A stretch of 64,000 nt of DNA, from assembly GCA_964016885.1 (NCBI GenBank), contig OZ024741.1:178064001-178128000 (forward strand). The letters run 5' to 3'. Source of the DNA: Eledone cirrhosa (lineage: Eukaryota). Positions 12,501 to 25,399 of this stretch are shown piece by piece. The position numbers and the translations under genes are program-made. Within the stretch, counting starts at the first letter, position 1, and each line of letters starts with the position of its first letter. Under the pieces are notes generated by a model that saw nothing but the letters and a program-made list of their open reading frames with translations, did no database searches and was not told the DNA's origin.

Positions 12501-15360
12501 TTAATGTTGTTAATGTATTGTGTCGGTATATTATCATCATAATTGTACGTCCGTGTTCAATGGTGGCATAGTTTTGATGATGGGTCACTACATTCCTTCC
12601 TGATCACACCTTCAATGCTTTGCCATGGCTTCTACAGCTGGGCGCACTTCCTAACAGCAAACGCTTTACTGATTATAGTATATGAATTTCACTGATGTAC
12701 CAATATTGCCTCACTGCTGAGTTTATCGTGTGTTTTATCCTGATACCAGTAATACCGCTTTACATAAAGCCCTGGGGAAGTTCTCTAACGACACAGATGC
12801 TAGAGAGGATGGGCGTATTTATATAATGTTATACTGTCATATCTAAGCATGTATAACCCTCTATCTCTATTGGTACATATTTATTTAGTGATAGAATCAA
12901 TCACATTCCCTTTGACATCATCGGTTGTTTACATATCATGATATCATACAAATTCCATCACCATAACATGATTACACCTGCTTAAAATTTACGCTAAAGG
13001 CTTCCCATTATCTTTGTGCTTTGCAATTAGTTTACCGATATGAGTTAATAAGTGTTCGATTCCATGTTGACTAGCGGTTGTTATTTATTCTATGCCGATC
13101 TTAAAACATGTGGTATGATGTCATACACATTACAAACAAAGTAAATGACAGTACAATATACGCAAAGCCTCAAGGAATAAGCTGTATTGATCTTAATACA
13201 TTGTATTCACCGAATCAAAATTTGGATTCGCTAAAAGTGTCATAATCTCTACTGTCAAATTCAGTTAGTTATGAGGAATCTATTCTCCCTCTGGTAATTT
13301 ACTACCAGGAATAGTTATATCGTAGGTTTTAGTATATTAGCAGTTATCACTGAAAGGCTTCTGATCTCTTTCCGAATAATGATTGCTCTGCAGTTCATGT
13401 TCTTTATGTTGTCATTCATTTGACAGTGAATATATTATAGTTCATGATTCATGACATTATATTGTTTATCACTTCAAGAAAATTAAAGTACAGTCTATAT
13501 AGGCGTAGGCATAGTTGTAGAATTTTGCTTCGCAACCACATGGTTTGCTGTACGTTTTCACTGCAAACACTCTTGAGCTAGTCTTCTGCTATAGTTTCAG
13601 TTTGACCAATGTTTTGACAGAAATATATATTGAAGTGTGTGTGTTAGTGAGAGAGAGAGAGAGAGAGAAAAAGAGAGGATAGAGTGAGAGAGAACGAGAG
13701 AGGGAGTTTAGTTCGATAAAATATAGATTGATAAAAATAAGTACTAGCACCACTGCTTGAAACCAGCAAGCGAGTATAGAAAGAAAACTATATCCTCGAT
13801 GTAGCTTGTAGTAGGTTGCAATCTGTTGCATATAGCATCTAATTTCCCTTTACATTTCAGTATAATAACTAAAATGACTGAATATTTAATAAAGCGTAGT
13901 CTATAAAATAATCTTACAGTAACTGACTTCTGTCTTATCTGTAGTCAGTCGCAGCTTATCTAAGTGTACACAAAAATTCTTAAAACAAGAAAAACACACC
14001 TTTAATTTCACAGTCTAGTCACCTTCTCTCTCTCTCTCTCTCTCTCGTACTTCCATCGTTGAAGTTTTATCTGCCATACAGCAATATTTTGTGGTGGGCA
14101 ACAATTGTGGAATAACGGATACCAAAACAAATATCTAAACAGTGTTTAGGTATTGAATTATAGTTATCGATGGATATTTTTTAAACAAGTGCCCTCGTAT
14201 TTTATTAATACCGAAGTATTTCCTCTTGCACTGGAATTCTATCCACTCGTCTCTTATTACACGTTCTAGTTGATATTGGTTATTATTACACGTTATCCAA
14301 GTTCCTCTACCATTTGTCACTTTTGTTCTATTCACTATCATTGTTCTATATTTGGTTTCACTAATCCTATCACCATCTCCGCCTTTACATTTTCGCTATT
14401 TTACTTCTCATGTTTTTCATCTTTGAATCCGCATAATCGATATTCCTTTGTATGGTTACTTCTTAATTTTATTGTTTAGGCTATGAGCATTTGTACAAAA
14501 TCTTACATAATCATATAAATACCTTTGCATTTCACATATATTCTTTCAAGTAACATATATTGTGTATTTTACGACACTATATTTTTCTCTCCAATATACT
14601 TAGTACGCTTATGCAATCAATGAATACTATCTTCCACAGTTATTTTACATCATGTTTCTCGTTTGCTGCATTTGTCATGTAGTTCTATACTTATCTCACA
14701 TTTTTTGTCAGCTTAAACTTTAGCAGCGGTGATTAACTTAATTGTGTCTGTAATAGTATCAGTTATCGTGTAATACAGTATGTTATTGATTTTATTTGTG
14801 ATTTCCCTAACCTATTTTGTTTATTTTTAATTTGCTCCTTTTACGAATTTTCTTGGGTGTTCCTTTGTACTAACTTCTGATAAAATCTTTATATCATTTT
14901 TTTTTTATCAATTCCTTGTTGTTTGACGCCTATCTTTCTCTAGCTACATGCGTATTCCTTATGTTCACTACTTAATTATTATCCTACCCTGTTATATTCT
15001 CTGAATTTAATTTAGATACCGATATGATTGATGTTTCTTCCCTATTATTTATCAGTTGATCGATTATATTTTCTAAATGCTTAAACTTCATCAGGTTAAA
15101 CATAACTTCAGCGAATAAAGGCGCTCACTACTTGCAAAGCTCGCAAAAGCTTTATCTATAAATCTCCATTATAAAACCACTTAGAAAACATTATATAAAG
15201 CTATATATGTGCGTTTGTCATATATTTGTTGATCAAGCGGGCTCACAGCAGTAGTAGAATACATTTGCATCGTGTGGATGATTTGCAATGTATTTGCTAA
15301 GTCTCTCAGGTCCATGCAATGGTGAAACAACAACATATCATGGTATCATTATTTAGTGAC

Positions 15361-15935
15361 ATAGAGTTGCTGCTCTTTACGATCTGAGTTCAAATCTAGC
15401 CGAGGTTAGCTTTGCTTTTCATCTATACGGAGTCGATAAAATGAAGTACCAGTAATGTTTTGGGGTCGCTTTGACCGACTCCCCCACTTCAAATTGGTAG
15501 CCTTGTGACTAAAGTAGAAACAATTATTAAAGGACGGTGGATTGGCAGTATCAATAAAGCGCCGGACAACAAGCTTCGCAACATAGAGTTATGGACCTTT
15601 ACATTTTTTGTTCAAATTCCGCTGAGGTTTGCTTCGCCTTTCATCCTTTCGGGGTTGGTAAAATAAAGCACCAGTAATTCACTGGGTCGATTTAATCGAC
15701 CTTCCCCTCCCCACAGATTGTTGACCTTGTGCCTAATTTAGAAGGTGGATTGGCAGTATCGGTAGAGGGTCGGACGCCATGCTTTGACGAATAGAGTTAC
15801 GGCCCTTGCCATTCTGAATTCAAATCCCACCGAGGTTAATTTTGCCTTTCATCCTTACGGAGTCGATAAAATAAAGTACCAGTAATGCACTGGGTAATTG
15901 ATGGCCTTGTGTCAAAAGTAGAACTAATTATTATT
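15361..15935 (+). mobile_element. Three head-to-tail SINE copies (~15361-15528, 15535-15743, 15744-15935)
   Basis: Three consecutive occurrences of the B-box, core and tail. The second and third start with GGTGGATTGGCAGTATC. Confidence 0.85.
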
Positions 15936-17149
15936 AGTCTTATCTTTATTACGTGCCATTACTGCATTACCGAGCACAACTATATATGCTTTGGTTATGT
16001 GTGGTCTGGTTTTTGATGGTGTTGTTTCTATTGCATTGAGAGTACTCTTCGCAATATGTGTGCAGTTCCTTGTAGTGTTATTTTTGTATGCTGATTTTAT
16101 TTGGGAGTCCTGGAGTTTTGGGTATGTACGCTTCAAAACGCCTCACATTGTTTTATTTTTGATAGCTTATGCCAAACTACCCGTGCCTTCTCATTTCTAG
16201 GTTTTCATTTCTCTTTTATTTAACTCTGGAGGTTAAAGACGTTCTCACTAACCATTTCATTTGCATTTTTGTATTCATGTCTTCTGCTATATATTACAAC
16301 TCTTCGTCACTATTTGACAGATATTCTACAAGCGTTTTCTTTCACTCCTTATACAATAGTCCACACTGTTGTTGCCTCTACCGTCATTCTATATCTTCAT
16401 GTACATGTACAAACAATTTATATTCTCTTGAGGGTGTAATGCTCCGTACAATGTAATTAATGTTCTCGTCTTTCTAAGTAACTTTCATATTTCTTCTTCG
16501 GTCTACCTGAGAATAGATGCGCTATATCAAACTACTGTAGCTGCCCAGATATTAATTGCAGTGAATAGATGTCTTGAATTCAGATTATATTTTCAAATCA
16601 TTTAATATTTTTTAAATATGTATCTCTATAATTTTCTTTCATTCTGCGTGTAAAAATATCATCCAGTTCTAGAAGCCTAAATACTGGTATCACCCCCATG
16701 GCCGTTGCAATGCAATACAGGCTGCTTTCGTCCCTGGTTTCTTATTAAGCACAGATAATTTCGAAATACCCAATTCGGTAAAGATAACACTGCTACATAT
16801 CTGGGCTGTTTTAACCAAAGGATATATCTGGTTTTCAGACTTCCGAAACTGTTTAAGATCATCTATACACAAAAAGTGGTTTATGAATACTCCTTTCTTC
16901 CCACATAGCTAACCCATTTTAACTATTCTAAGTGTCAGTTTTATAGGTACAATTGCTCTGACAAATAGTAACTGTGAAAATGAGTCACTTTGGAAGATAC
17001 TCAACCTTGCTGTTCCGTAGAGGGTGAGTGAGAGGTAAATGTGACACCATTCTTGGGGAGACTCTGATTTTATCAAAAATTAGTAAAATCGTATCCTCAA
17101 TCAATTCCGTAAAAGGACCGAATTAGAAATAAACAAAATAAATTAGGAA

Positions 17150-17790
17150 AATCCTTGGCCTGGCAGAGCTACCGGGGGCATTGCTAATGCGAGATAAACT
17201 CTGCAGGTATGGAAGTACCGTTAGCCTTGCCTACCCGAAATGCACACAGGATGACGAAACCGTTCTGCTCGCACTCAACCAGTATCCGATCATTACTGAC
17301 TTTTGTGTTTATGTCGAACACCTACGTGCCTTATTGATCCGGCTATCTGACCGCCCTTTGACGAAGATGGTAGGTCGTCTGATGGTTACGCCTGAAAGGG
17401 TTCAAGACACGCATGCTTCTCTTAGACAAAGCCCTGATTCATTTTTTCAGGTTTCACTTGAACAGGGAAATTGGGGTGTTTGGAGAGAAAAGAACTGCTT
17501 TCCAAGTATTTCTTTTGAAGGTGAGTGAGGAAACCGGGCATGGCCTGAGTGAATAGGCCTGCTCTGAGTACACGTCTTTAGATTGCCGGATACAGAATGG
17601 GACAGCACAGTTTAGTCGGATTTATCCATGTGTGACCCTCGTAAGACCCCCACTAATGGAAACTCTATCTGGTTTTAATTGTTTACATGTTTACCTTGTT
17701 TGTTGAAATATTTAACAAGTTAAAATCTACACTGTACCGTCCTTTGTCGTCCTTAATGTTTTCTTCATATGAGCCCTGTGTTACATAAAT
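17150..17790 (+). mobile_element. Decayed 3' fragment of a Tx1/L1-clade LINE
   Basis: KSLAWQSYRGAL.MRDKL.RYG...CTQDDETVL matches the C-terminal zinc-finger region at 22724-23239, and the 3' UTR is similar. Confidence 0.8.
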
Positions 17791-17793
17791 CAG

Positions 17794-17967
17794 TGGCAGT
17801 ATCGGTAGAGGGTCGGACGTCATGCTTTCCGGCATAGTTACGTCCCTTTACGATATAAGTTCAAATCCCCCCGAGGTTGACTTTGCCTTTCATCCTTACG
17901 GGGTCGATAAAATAAAGTACCAGTAATGCACTGCTAAATTTCTGGCCTTGTGACTAACGTAGAAACA

Positions 17968-18012
<45 letters not shown>
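17794..18012 (+). mobile_element. SINE with (ATT)n tail
   Basis: Same family as 11053. Followed by ~15 ATT units. Confidence 0.88.
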
Positions 18013-21000
18013 GGTGACCTAGGTAGGAAATCGTATCATCGTGAGCTCCGCAAAGGTTTGTTGCTTTCAGTTGTTTTCAAATAGCCAGTTATGGAAATTT
18101 TTTTGTTGTTAAGTGTTTATAATTTCAAATATTTTGCATTCTGAAAAGGACACAAAAAATATTGGGGCCTTGAGCCCAAAACTTAAACTTTTTATTTATC
18201 AAATAAAATATTTCTTTGAAAAAAAGCATGGAGGATAAATTTCCTGTTTTTAACAAACCAACATCCCCCTCCTCCACCAACACCAACACCAACACCATTG
18301 TAAGCCTTGCTACGGTTGCCAACACTGAAAATATAATTAATAGCAGTCTGAATTATTTAGATTTGCCTCATAAAGACATGGATTTCCCGCCATTACCAAT
18401 AACTGCCGGTGTTAACGCCGCCACCGCCGCCACCACAATGTCAAAAAGAACAACAAACACCACTGATACCACCAACACAGCGAAAACAGAAATAAAAAAT
18501 AATAAATTATTATCTCGTGACATCGAAATGGATTCACCCAGAATCGACTCTTCCACGCCGAACACCACTGACACCACCACCACCTCCACCACAACTGAAA
18601 CTAAAAATAAAAATAACAATAACAACAACAGCAACAACAACAATGAGAATAGCAACAACATCAATACCAACGTAAAACAAAATTTATCGTTTGCAAAAGC
18701 TGCCAAAAAAGCGAAACAATCGGGGTAAGCCAGGATGAATTAAATGAAGCCAAGCGAATGGTAAAGATAGATGGGTGCAGGGTTAGACCCCCCCCCCCCA
18801 CACACTCACACACCTAATAATGTGGAGCATCGGCGCCTATGCACCGTGTCATATCGGACGATAAACACAAAATTACGCCGAGTGGAACGGGCATCCGAGT
18901 CCCAAATACAAAAAGCTTTGGGACTTGTGTGGGCGAACAAAACCCACATCAGACATGGGCAGAAATATGGAACTGTGACGTGTTCTTTGTGAACACCACA
19001 GGAAATCCAGAGAGCACTCCATGGCCCCATTAAGAAGTGACTACTTCACACTCGTCCCAAGCTATTGTGGTCAGATATTCGTGAAGATTAGGGTGACCCA
19101 CGTTCCACCGGCCATCGAAATTCCCTGGCTAATGGCTGCCGTCCGCGCCGGCAGCGAGGCCAACACGAAAATAATTGAAGTAACAAAGGAAAAGCATGAG
19201 AACTGGTCCCGATCTGGGATGGAGCTCCTAATCCAAGCGGACCAAAAAAACATTGAGAAAATTCCAGAGGTGATAGACCTCACTGACCGCTGCCACCTTA
19301 CCGTAATCGTTGAGGGTAGAAGTCCTAGGTGTGTCGTTCGTGGTGAAGGAAGACACGTATAAGCTTTCTGCCTTCAGGCTAAAAACTTCAGGCTACCCAT
19401 CTTACCCACACCAGTGAGTCAACCATCAACACCACCAGCAGCAGAAATGGCAGCAACAACTGTAGCAGCAACAACAGAAGCAACTGTAGCAGCAACAACC
19501 CCAGCAAAAGTAGCAAAACCAACATCATCACCAACCACCGCGCCTGCGCCTCCACCAACCACCACGCCACAACCAAAACCAGCGCCTGCGGGGAATTTTC
19601 CGCTCCCCGACCTATCGCAAGTGTAGACAGATTGTGACGACGAGGAGTGGGACACGGTATCAGGAAAAAGGAAAAAAAGAAAAAGAACCCAAAAAAGGAA
19701 AAATTCTCTTCCTTCCCCCTCCAAAAACAAAATACATGGGGAAACAAATAAACTAACAAACAAAAACGTTACGACAGCTATGCCACCATCCACACCAGCA
19801 TCACGAACACCATCATCACAAACACCAACACCATCACCATCATTAACCCCAACACCACCATCACCTACACCACAAAAGTCCCCAAAAACCAAGACAGAAA
19901 CAGACGCAAACAAAACAAAACAACCAAAACGATACACACTACACAGCATCAAATTTGAACAACAACCAATTATTACACTACATCCAACAAAACACCAGCA
20001 TCACAGAAAAAGATTACACAACACCCAAAAATTCACACCACCTCCACACATACAAAGCACTCGCATCACACAGAAAACGTACACCACACTAAAACAAAAA
20101 TTCGCCAAAGACATCGGTGACTTCCGACAAACACTCTCAAGGAGGATTTATAAGGACATCCTTCCGGAGGAGGCAACAAGCAGTGAAAAGGATGCAGGAA
20201 CCATCCTTCTTCTACGAGAAGTAAGGTATGTGGTCTTTCCCATCTTTTCCACTCCTTTTCAACATGACCTCACTCAGAATAGGCAGCATAAATGCGCGTG
20301 GCTTGGGGTCGTCATGGAAGCAGGGCCACCTGCTCAACGACCTCAGATCACTAAACATAGATGTAGTAGAAATCAGCGAGACCAGAATCTCTGAAGCACG
20401 GGCCTTCGCACCGATCATCGGCGGCTACGATGTGTACGCATCTCCCAGCGTCCGGGATCGGGGGGTGGACTTGCTGTGCAATTCACAATAGTCAGCTACA
20501 CGGACCACAAATTCGTGATCTGTGTGCTTGACTTAGATAGGCTTCATAGAAGAGGACCCGGCTACTGGAAGCTAAACGTGTCATTGACAGCGCGCAAGGC
20601 CTACAGAGACCGGATTAGCGAACTAGTTAAGCGGGCGTTGAAGGGGGCCATCGTCAACAACAAATGATGGTTTGCTCTTAAAAGAGCGATTAGAACAGAG
20701 TCAATTAGGTTTAGTAAGGATTTAGCAATAGAGAAAAATAGAGCAGAGGGAGAACTAGTTAGAAAATTAGACGAGGCGCTTAGTAAAGGCATCGCGACCG
20801 ACGTACTTGCGGCGGAATTGGCCCTTGACCAATTATTCAATGTAAAGCACGAAGGCTGCATTGTCAGAGCTAGGGTGAGTGTTCGCAGACACGAGGCGAT
20901 GAAAGCCGTTCATTGGGCCCGAGTGGCGGAGGCGCCTCGTGGCAATAAAGCCATGATCCGGTCTTTGGTGGACCACGACGGGCGCATGCTACTCGATCCC

Positions 21001-23482
21001 TGGCAAATGTGTGAAGCGTTTCAGCGACACTTCGCTCAGCATTTCGGGGGCAGCGGCTGGCCGGATCGAGGGACGGACTTTAGTGCCTACATCGACAGGC
21101 TGCTACGGCTCTCGGCCACTGAGGCGGAGTTTTACGAAAAGCCGATAACAGCAGCTGAAATACGGGAGGCAATGACTGGCTGCACAAGGGGTAAATCGTC
21201 TGGTTTGGATGGTCTGCCCTATGAACTTTACGTACAGATGCCAGACTTGTACGGAGGCCTCTTGGCGGACGTCTACTGCAACTGGCAACAGAACGGGAGA
21301 ATTCCCAGCTCTGTGAGCCGAGGTGCTGTGGCGCTGCTGAGAAAGGATCCTAAAAAGAGGGATAACATAGATAATTTCAGGCCCATAACTCTGCTAAACA
21401 CTGAGTTCAAGATTTTGGCCAAGGTGCTAGCAAAGAGGTTGGCGCTTGTCGTTGGTGGTCTGGTGGGAGAGGCGCAGACATGCGCCATTCCCGACAGATC
21501 CATCCACAACAACCTCCACCTCTTGCGATACATCGTGGAGAGGGTAGTTACGGAACCTGGCACGGGTGGCTCCTTCATCAATTTAGATCAGTCGAAAGTT
21601 TTCGATAGGGTCTACCACCGTTGCCTAGCGGCGTCCTGAGGGTGGCTGGCTTTGGGCCCGTCTGCAGAGGCTGGATCGCTGCCATGCACAGCGAAATCTT
21701 ATCCGTGGTGAGAGTGAACGGTCACCTTTCGGAACCGTTCAACATCATCGCTCGGTCCACCAAGGATGTCCCCTCTCCTCCCTCTTGTACGTATTGACTC
21801 TCCAGCCATTACTGCACAAACTGGAGACGTTGAGGGCGATCCCGCGCTAACTAGGATGCGGAAGATCCGTGTCAGCATATGCGGACGATGTCACAGTAGT
21901 GGTGTCGAACGCCAAACACATCGAGGCGATCGGCACTACACTGAGAGAATACGAAGCAATGACAGGAGCAATGATCAACCAGTAAAAGTCAGTGGGCCTG
22001 CAGCTCGGCACCTGGAGAGGCAGGTCCATGTCGTCCAACAGCGTCGCCGGGCCCTGGACAGACGGACCGATTAAATTGCTAGGGTTCTGGTTCGGTCCGG
22101 ACCTCCAGGCGGACAAAAATTGGGACGAGGTGACGAGCAGGGTGTCTTCTCTCACCCAGAAATGGGCGGAGAAGAAGCTATCCCTGAAAGGTGGAGCAGA
22201 GGTGGCATAAATCGCGTCCGTCATCTACTACCGCCTGACCGTCGTACCTTGTCCTAAGCCCCACCTGACAGCGTTGGAGCGTTTGCTCTTTCGCATTTTG
22301 TGGTAGGACGCGCTCCGATGGTCAGGCGGTCCATCTGCTGTCAACACCCGCTACGTGGAGGACTGAGCATGCCGTGGCTGATAATGCGCAGACACGCGCT
22401 CAGGCTACGATATCTCCACCTCTTCCTCGACGGTGATCAGGTGTGGTCGCCGTTTGCTAGACGCGTCTTTACCCCGCTCGTCTCCTTGACGGATCTGCAG
22501 TCCTGGGTCAAGCGAAGACAGAGAGGGAGGGCTTGGAGACTGGAATGTCTTCAGGCGCTCCCAGCCCTCGACCAATCGGGCAATGTGATCGGTGGAAACT
22601 CCACCTTGGGGTTCTATAGAGGATTAGTCGAGGGGAAGAGCGACGACGTACTTGGGGAAACTCTATGCGTCGACGAAAATCAACTAGCCAATCTCTTCGG
22701 AAGAACTTTCGGGCCGGGGGCCTATGGACAACTTACAGAAATCCCTGGCCTGGCAGTGCTACCGAGGAGCTTTGCCAGTTCGGGATAAACTCTACAGGCA
22801 TGGAGGTGCCGTCAGCCGGGCATGTCCGAGATGCACGCAGGACGACCAAACCGTCCTGCACGCACTCGTCCAGTGTCCGAGCATTGCTGACTTGTGGGTT
22901 TATGTCGAATACCTGCTGTCGGGTGTAGGACGGATCCAGCTATCAGCTGAGTCCATCGTGATGATTGCCCCACCCTCTTCCTTTAGCCTGGAAGGACAGG
23001 AATTTTTTATCTGTCTGGTGGCCATGGCGAAAGAGATAGTATGGTGGACACGTTTGAAAGGGCTGAAGACGAGCACTTACCTCTTCGGTGATGCCCTGAT
23101 TAACCTTTTCACATTTCATTTGAAAAGGGAAATCAGGGTAGAGAGGGAAGTGCTCTCTTCCCAGCATTTTGTTGAAAGATGGGTGAGAGAAGCAAGTATG
23201 GCCCGAGTGAATGGGCCTACTCTGAGTATGTGTCTGTAAATTAAAGGTGGAAAACTGGGAGAGGGCACTTGCCCTGGTGGTCAGGGTCCCTGTGGCTTTT
23301 TAATGGGCTTTCTCCACGAATGTCCCTCGGAAGTCTCCCCCCTATTGGGTAATTTTTCTTTGTTATTTTATTACATCCTCTGTTTTTTACACGCAGAAAT
23401 GCCCATTTGTACCGTCCTGTATTGTCCTGTACTGTCCTTAATGTCTACTTTGTGTAAACCTTGTGGTTAATAAAGAAAGCAT
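18013..23482 (+). mobile_element. Near-full-length Tx1/L1-clade LINE, copy A (decayed)
   Basis: ORF1 fragments (18216-20224; EGRSPRC knuckle remnant). ORF2 begins MTSLRIGSINARGL and contains YTDHK, GPGYWKLN, GLDGLPYE, FRPITLLN, YADD and a C-terminal CPRC...H...C. The 3' UTR ends AATAAAGAAAGCA. Confidence 0.92.
20264..23239 (+). pseudogene. ORF2 (APE-RT-zinc finger) pseudogene, with most of the APE domain deleted near 20475
   Basis: Several stops and frameshifts. Roughly 430 bp present in copy C (48225-48660) is missing here. Confidence 0.88.
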
Positions 23483-23660
23483 CATTGGCAGTATTGGGAG
23501 AGGGTCGGACGCCATGCTTTGACGTATAGAGTTACGGCCCTTGCCATTCTGAGTTCAAACCGCCGAGGTTAACTTTGCCTTTCATCCTTACGGGGTCGAT
23601 AAAATAAAGTACCGGTAATTGCTGGCCTTGTGCCTAACGTAGAAACAATTATTATTATTA

Positions 23661-23703
<43 letters not shown>
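23483..23703 (+). mobile_element. SINE with (ATT)n tail, joined directly to the LINE 3' end
   Basis: Starts ATTGGCAGTATTGG, has the conserved core, and ends AGAAACAATT(ATT)n. Confidence 0.88.
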
Positions 23704-23705
<2 letters not shown>

Positions 23706-24266
23706 GAGGAGACACACTCAGAATGCTTGGGGTAATTCGTTGAACAAACAAAATCATTCATACCGATGAATGCATACTAAACACTAACAGAAGCCTCATC
23801 AAACGAGTGATCAATCACAAAACGCTCTGACATCTTTTGAATTGTGTGAAAAGAAAAATATTTATCTTGAAATGTCTCCCTCACATTCGAGTTGATAAGT
23901 ATTGTGAATTTTAATATGTATGGTTTAATAATATATTCAGATCTAAAAGGATTAATGTATGCTAATCACATGAAACTGGTGAGCATTCTTTTCTATCGAT
24001 ATTACATAAAGCCTTTATGTATTCGGCTGTATGGAATCCAAACTCATGCCTGAAAATATGTTTTTTTGCCTATGGCTGCACTGACAGAGAAAATGTAATT
24101 ATTTTTTATACCCAACCTCACAAAGTAAGCAGGTAATTAATGTATTCTACTTCATTAAATGTTTTGGGGTGTCCTTTAAGAGAAATGTTTCCCCAGTTGA
24201 ATTCAAGGGACTTTTACAATAGGCTTTGCGTCCACCTCTTTGCAGACAGACACCATTGAGAATTGT

Positions 24267-24573
24267 ATTTCTTCTTCTTCTTCTTCTTCTTCTTCTTCTT
24301 CTTCTTCTTCTTGCTCAACGAGGCAGCGGTCATCGTAAGCCAGCGATCCCAAAACATCGTCGTGTGTAGAGTCGACTAGGTCTACCAGTGCACTTCATCA
24401 TTTGCCATTTCCTCTGCTTCTTCCAAGGTGATGTTGAGTCTCTTATGATATCCAACCATCTGGTGCAGAGCATACCGCGGGGCCTCTTCCAGTCTGCAGC
24501 CGCTGCGTCGAACGAGAGTAAGGCCCTGGTAGGAAAGTGGAAAGTGGTGGACATGTCCGTACCAGCGCATCAT
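24267..24573 (-). mobile_element. RTE-clade LINE 3' fragment with (GAA)n tail
   Basis: MRWYGHV and WKRPRG...RWLD motifs on the minus strand, with (TTC)n at 24267-24312. Confidence 0.75.
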
Positions 24574-25193
24574 GCGTTACTCTATTTACCATGTAGAAGT
24601 TTGTATTGTTATCATCTTAGAGTGGAGGTATGTAACCCAATATTTTGCTTAGTGTTTAGCTTTTCACATTAACTGCTATTACTCTCCTTCTTACATATAA
24701 TTCTGTTATGCATTGGTTCCACTTCCTTCATACTTTTAACTTAAATTCGAACATTTCGTAAACTTAACGGAATCTACATTTTTCAAGCACACACAATTTT
24801 CAAAACAAGTTTGTACTTCGGAAAAATATCTGTAAGCGCAGATATTTTCAAGCCAGGAAAATTGAATTCCATTGGTTATGGATTTCCTTAAAAGTTGATG
24901 TAGCGTTGAAATGCATTGTATGCATTGCGTTGCATTCTATGATTTATCGTCTACTACATCCACAGAATTTCTAAATGTTCCATTCTGCGTTTGGTAAAAT
25001 GCCTCAGGTAATAAACGTGATATGATTAACAGCCATGCAAAAAATACCGAACATTAAATCAATGCAATTCACATGGTTCTTTATGAAATTGATGAAAAAA
25101 CACTGTCTATAAAAATAAGCGGGAAACTTCTTACCATCATCTTTTTAATCAAAACACGGAAATACTACTCTCATTATATTATAACAAAATAGG

Positions 25194-25356
25194 GCGGTGG
25201 ATTGGCAGTATCGGTAGAGAGTCGGACGCCATGTGTAACGTCCCTTGCCATTCTGAGTTCAAATTCCTCCGAGATTAACTTTGCGTTTCATCCTTAAGGG
25301 GTCGATAAAATAAAGTACCAGGTATTTGCTGGCCTTGTGCCAAAAGTAGAAACAAA
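25194..25356 (+). mobile_element. SINE copy
   Basis: GCGGTGGATTGGCAGTATCGG ... core ... GTAGAAACAA. Confidence 0.85.
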
Positions 25357-25399
25357 TGTATTATAGCCAAAATAAAGATACCGATTCATAAATAGATTT

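Noticed and set aside
14050-16550. Minus-strand coding-like decayed sequence around the SINE trimer
   Set aside because: No diagnostic motif could be read. It may be an old LINE ORF1, but that is unsupported.
18368-19952. Hydrophobic Leu/Val-rich 'membrane protein' ORFs, also at 42871-43419, 44761-45129 and 49213-49845
   Set aside because: They are antisense frames of low-complexity Tx1 ORF1 tracts.
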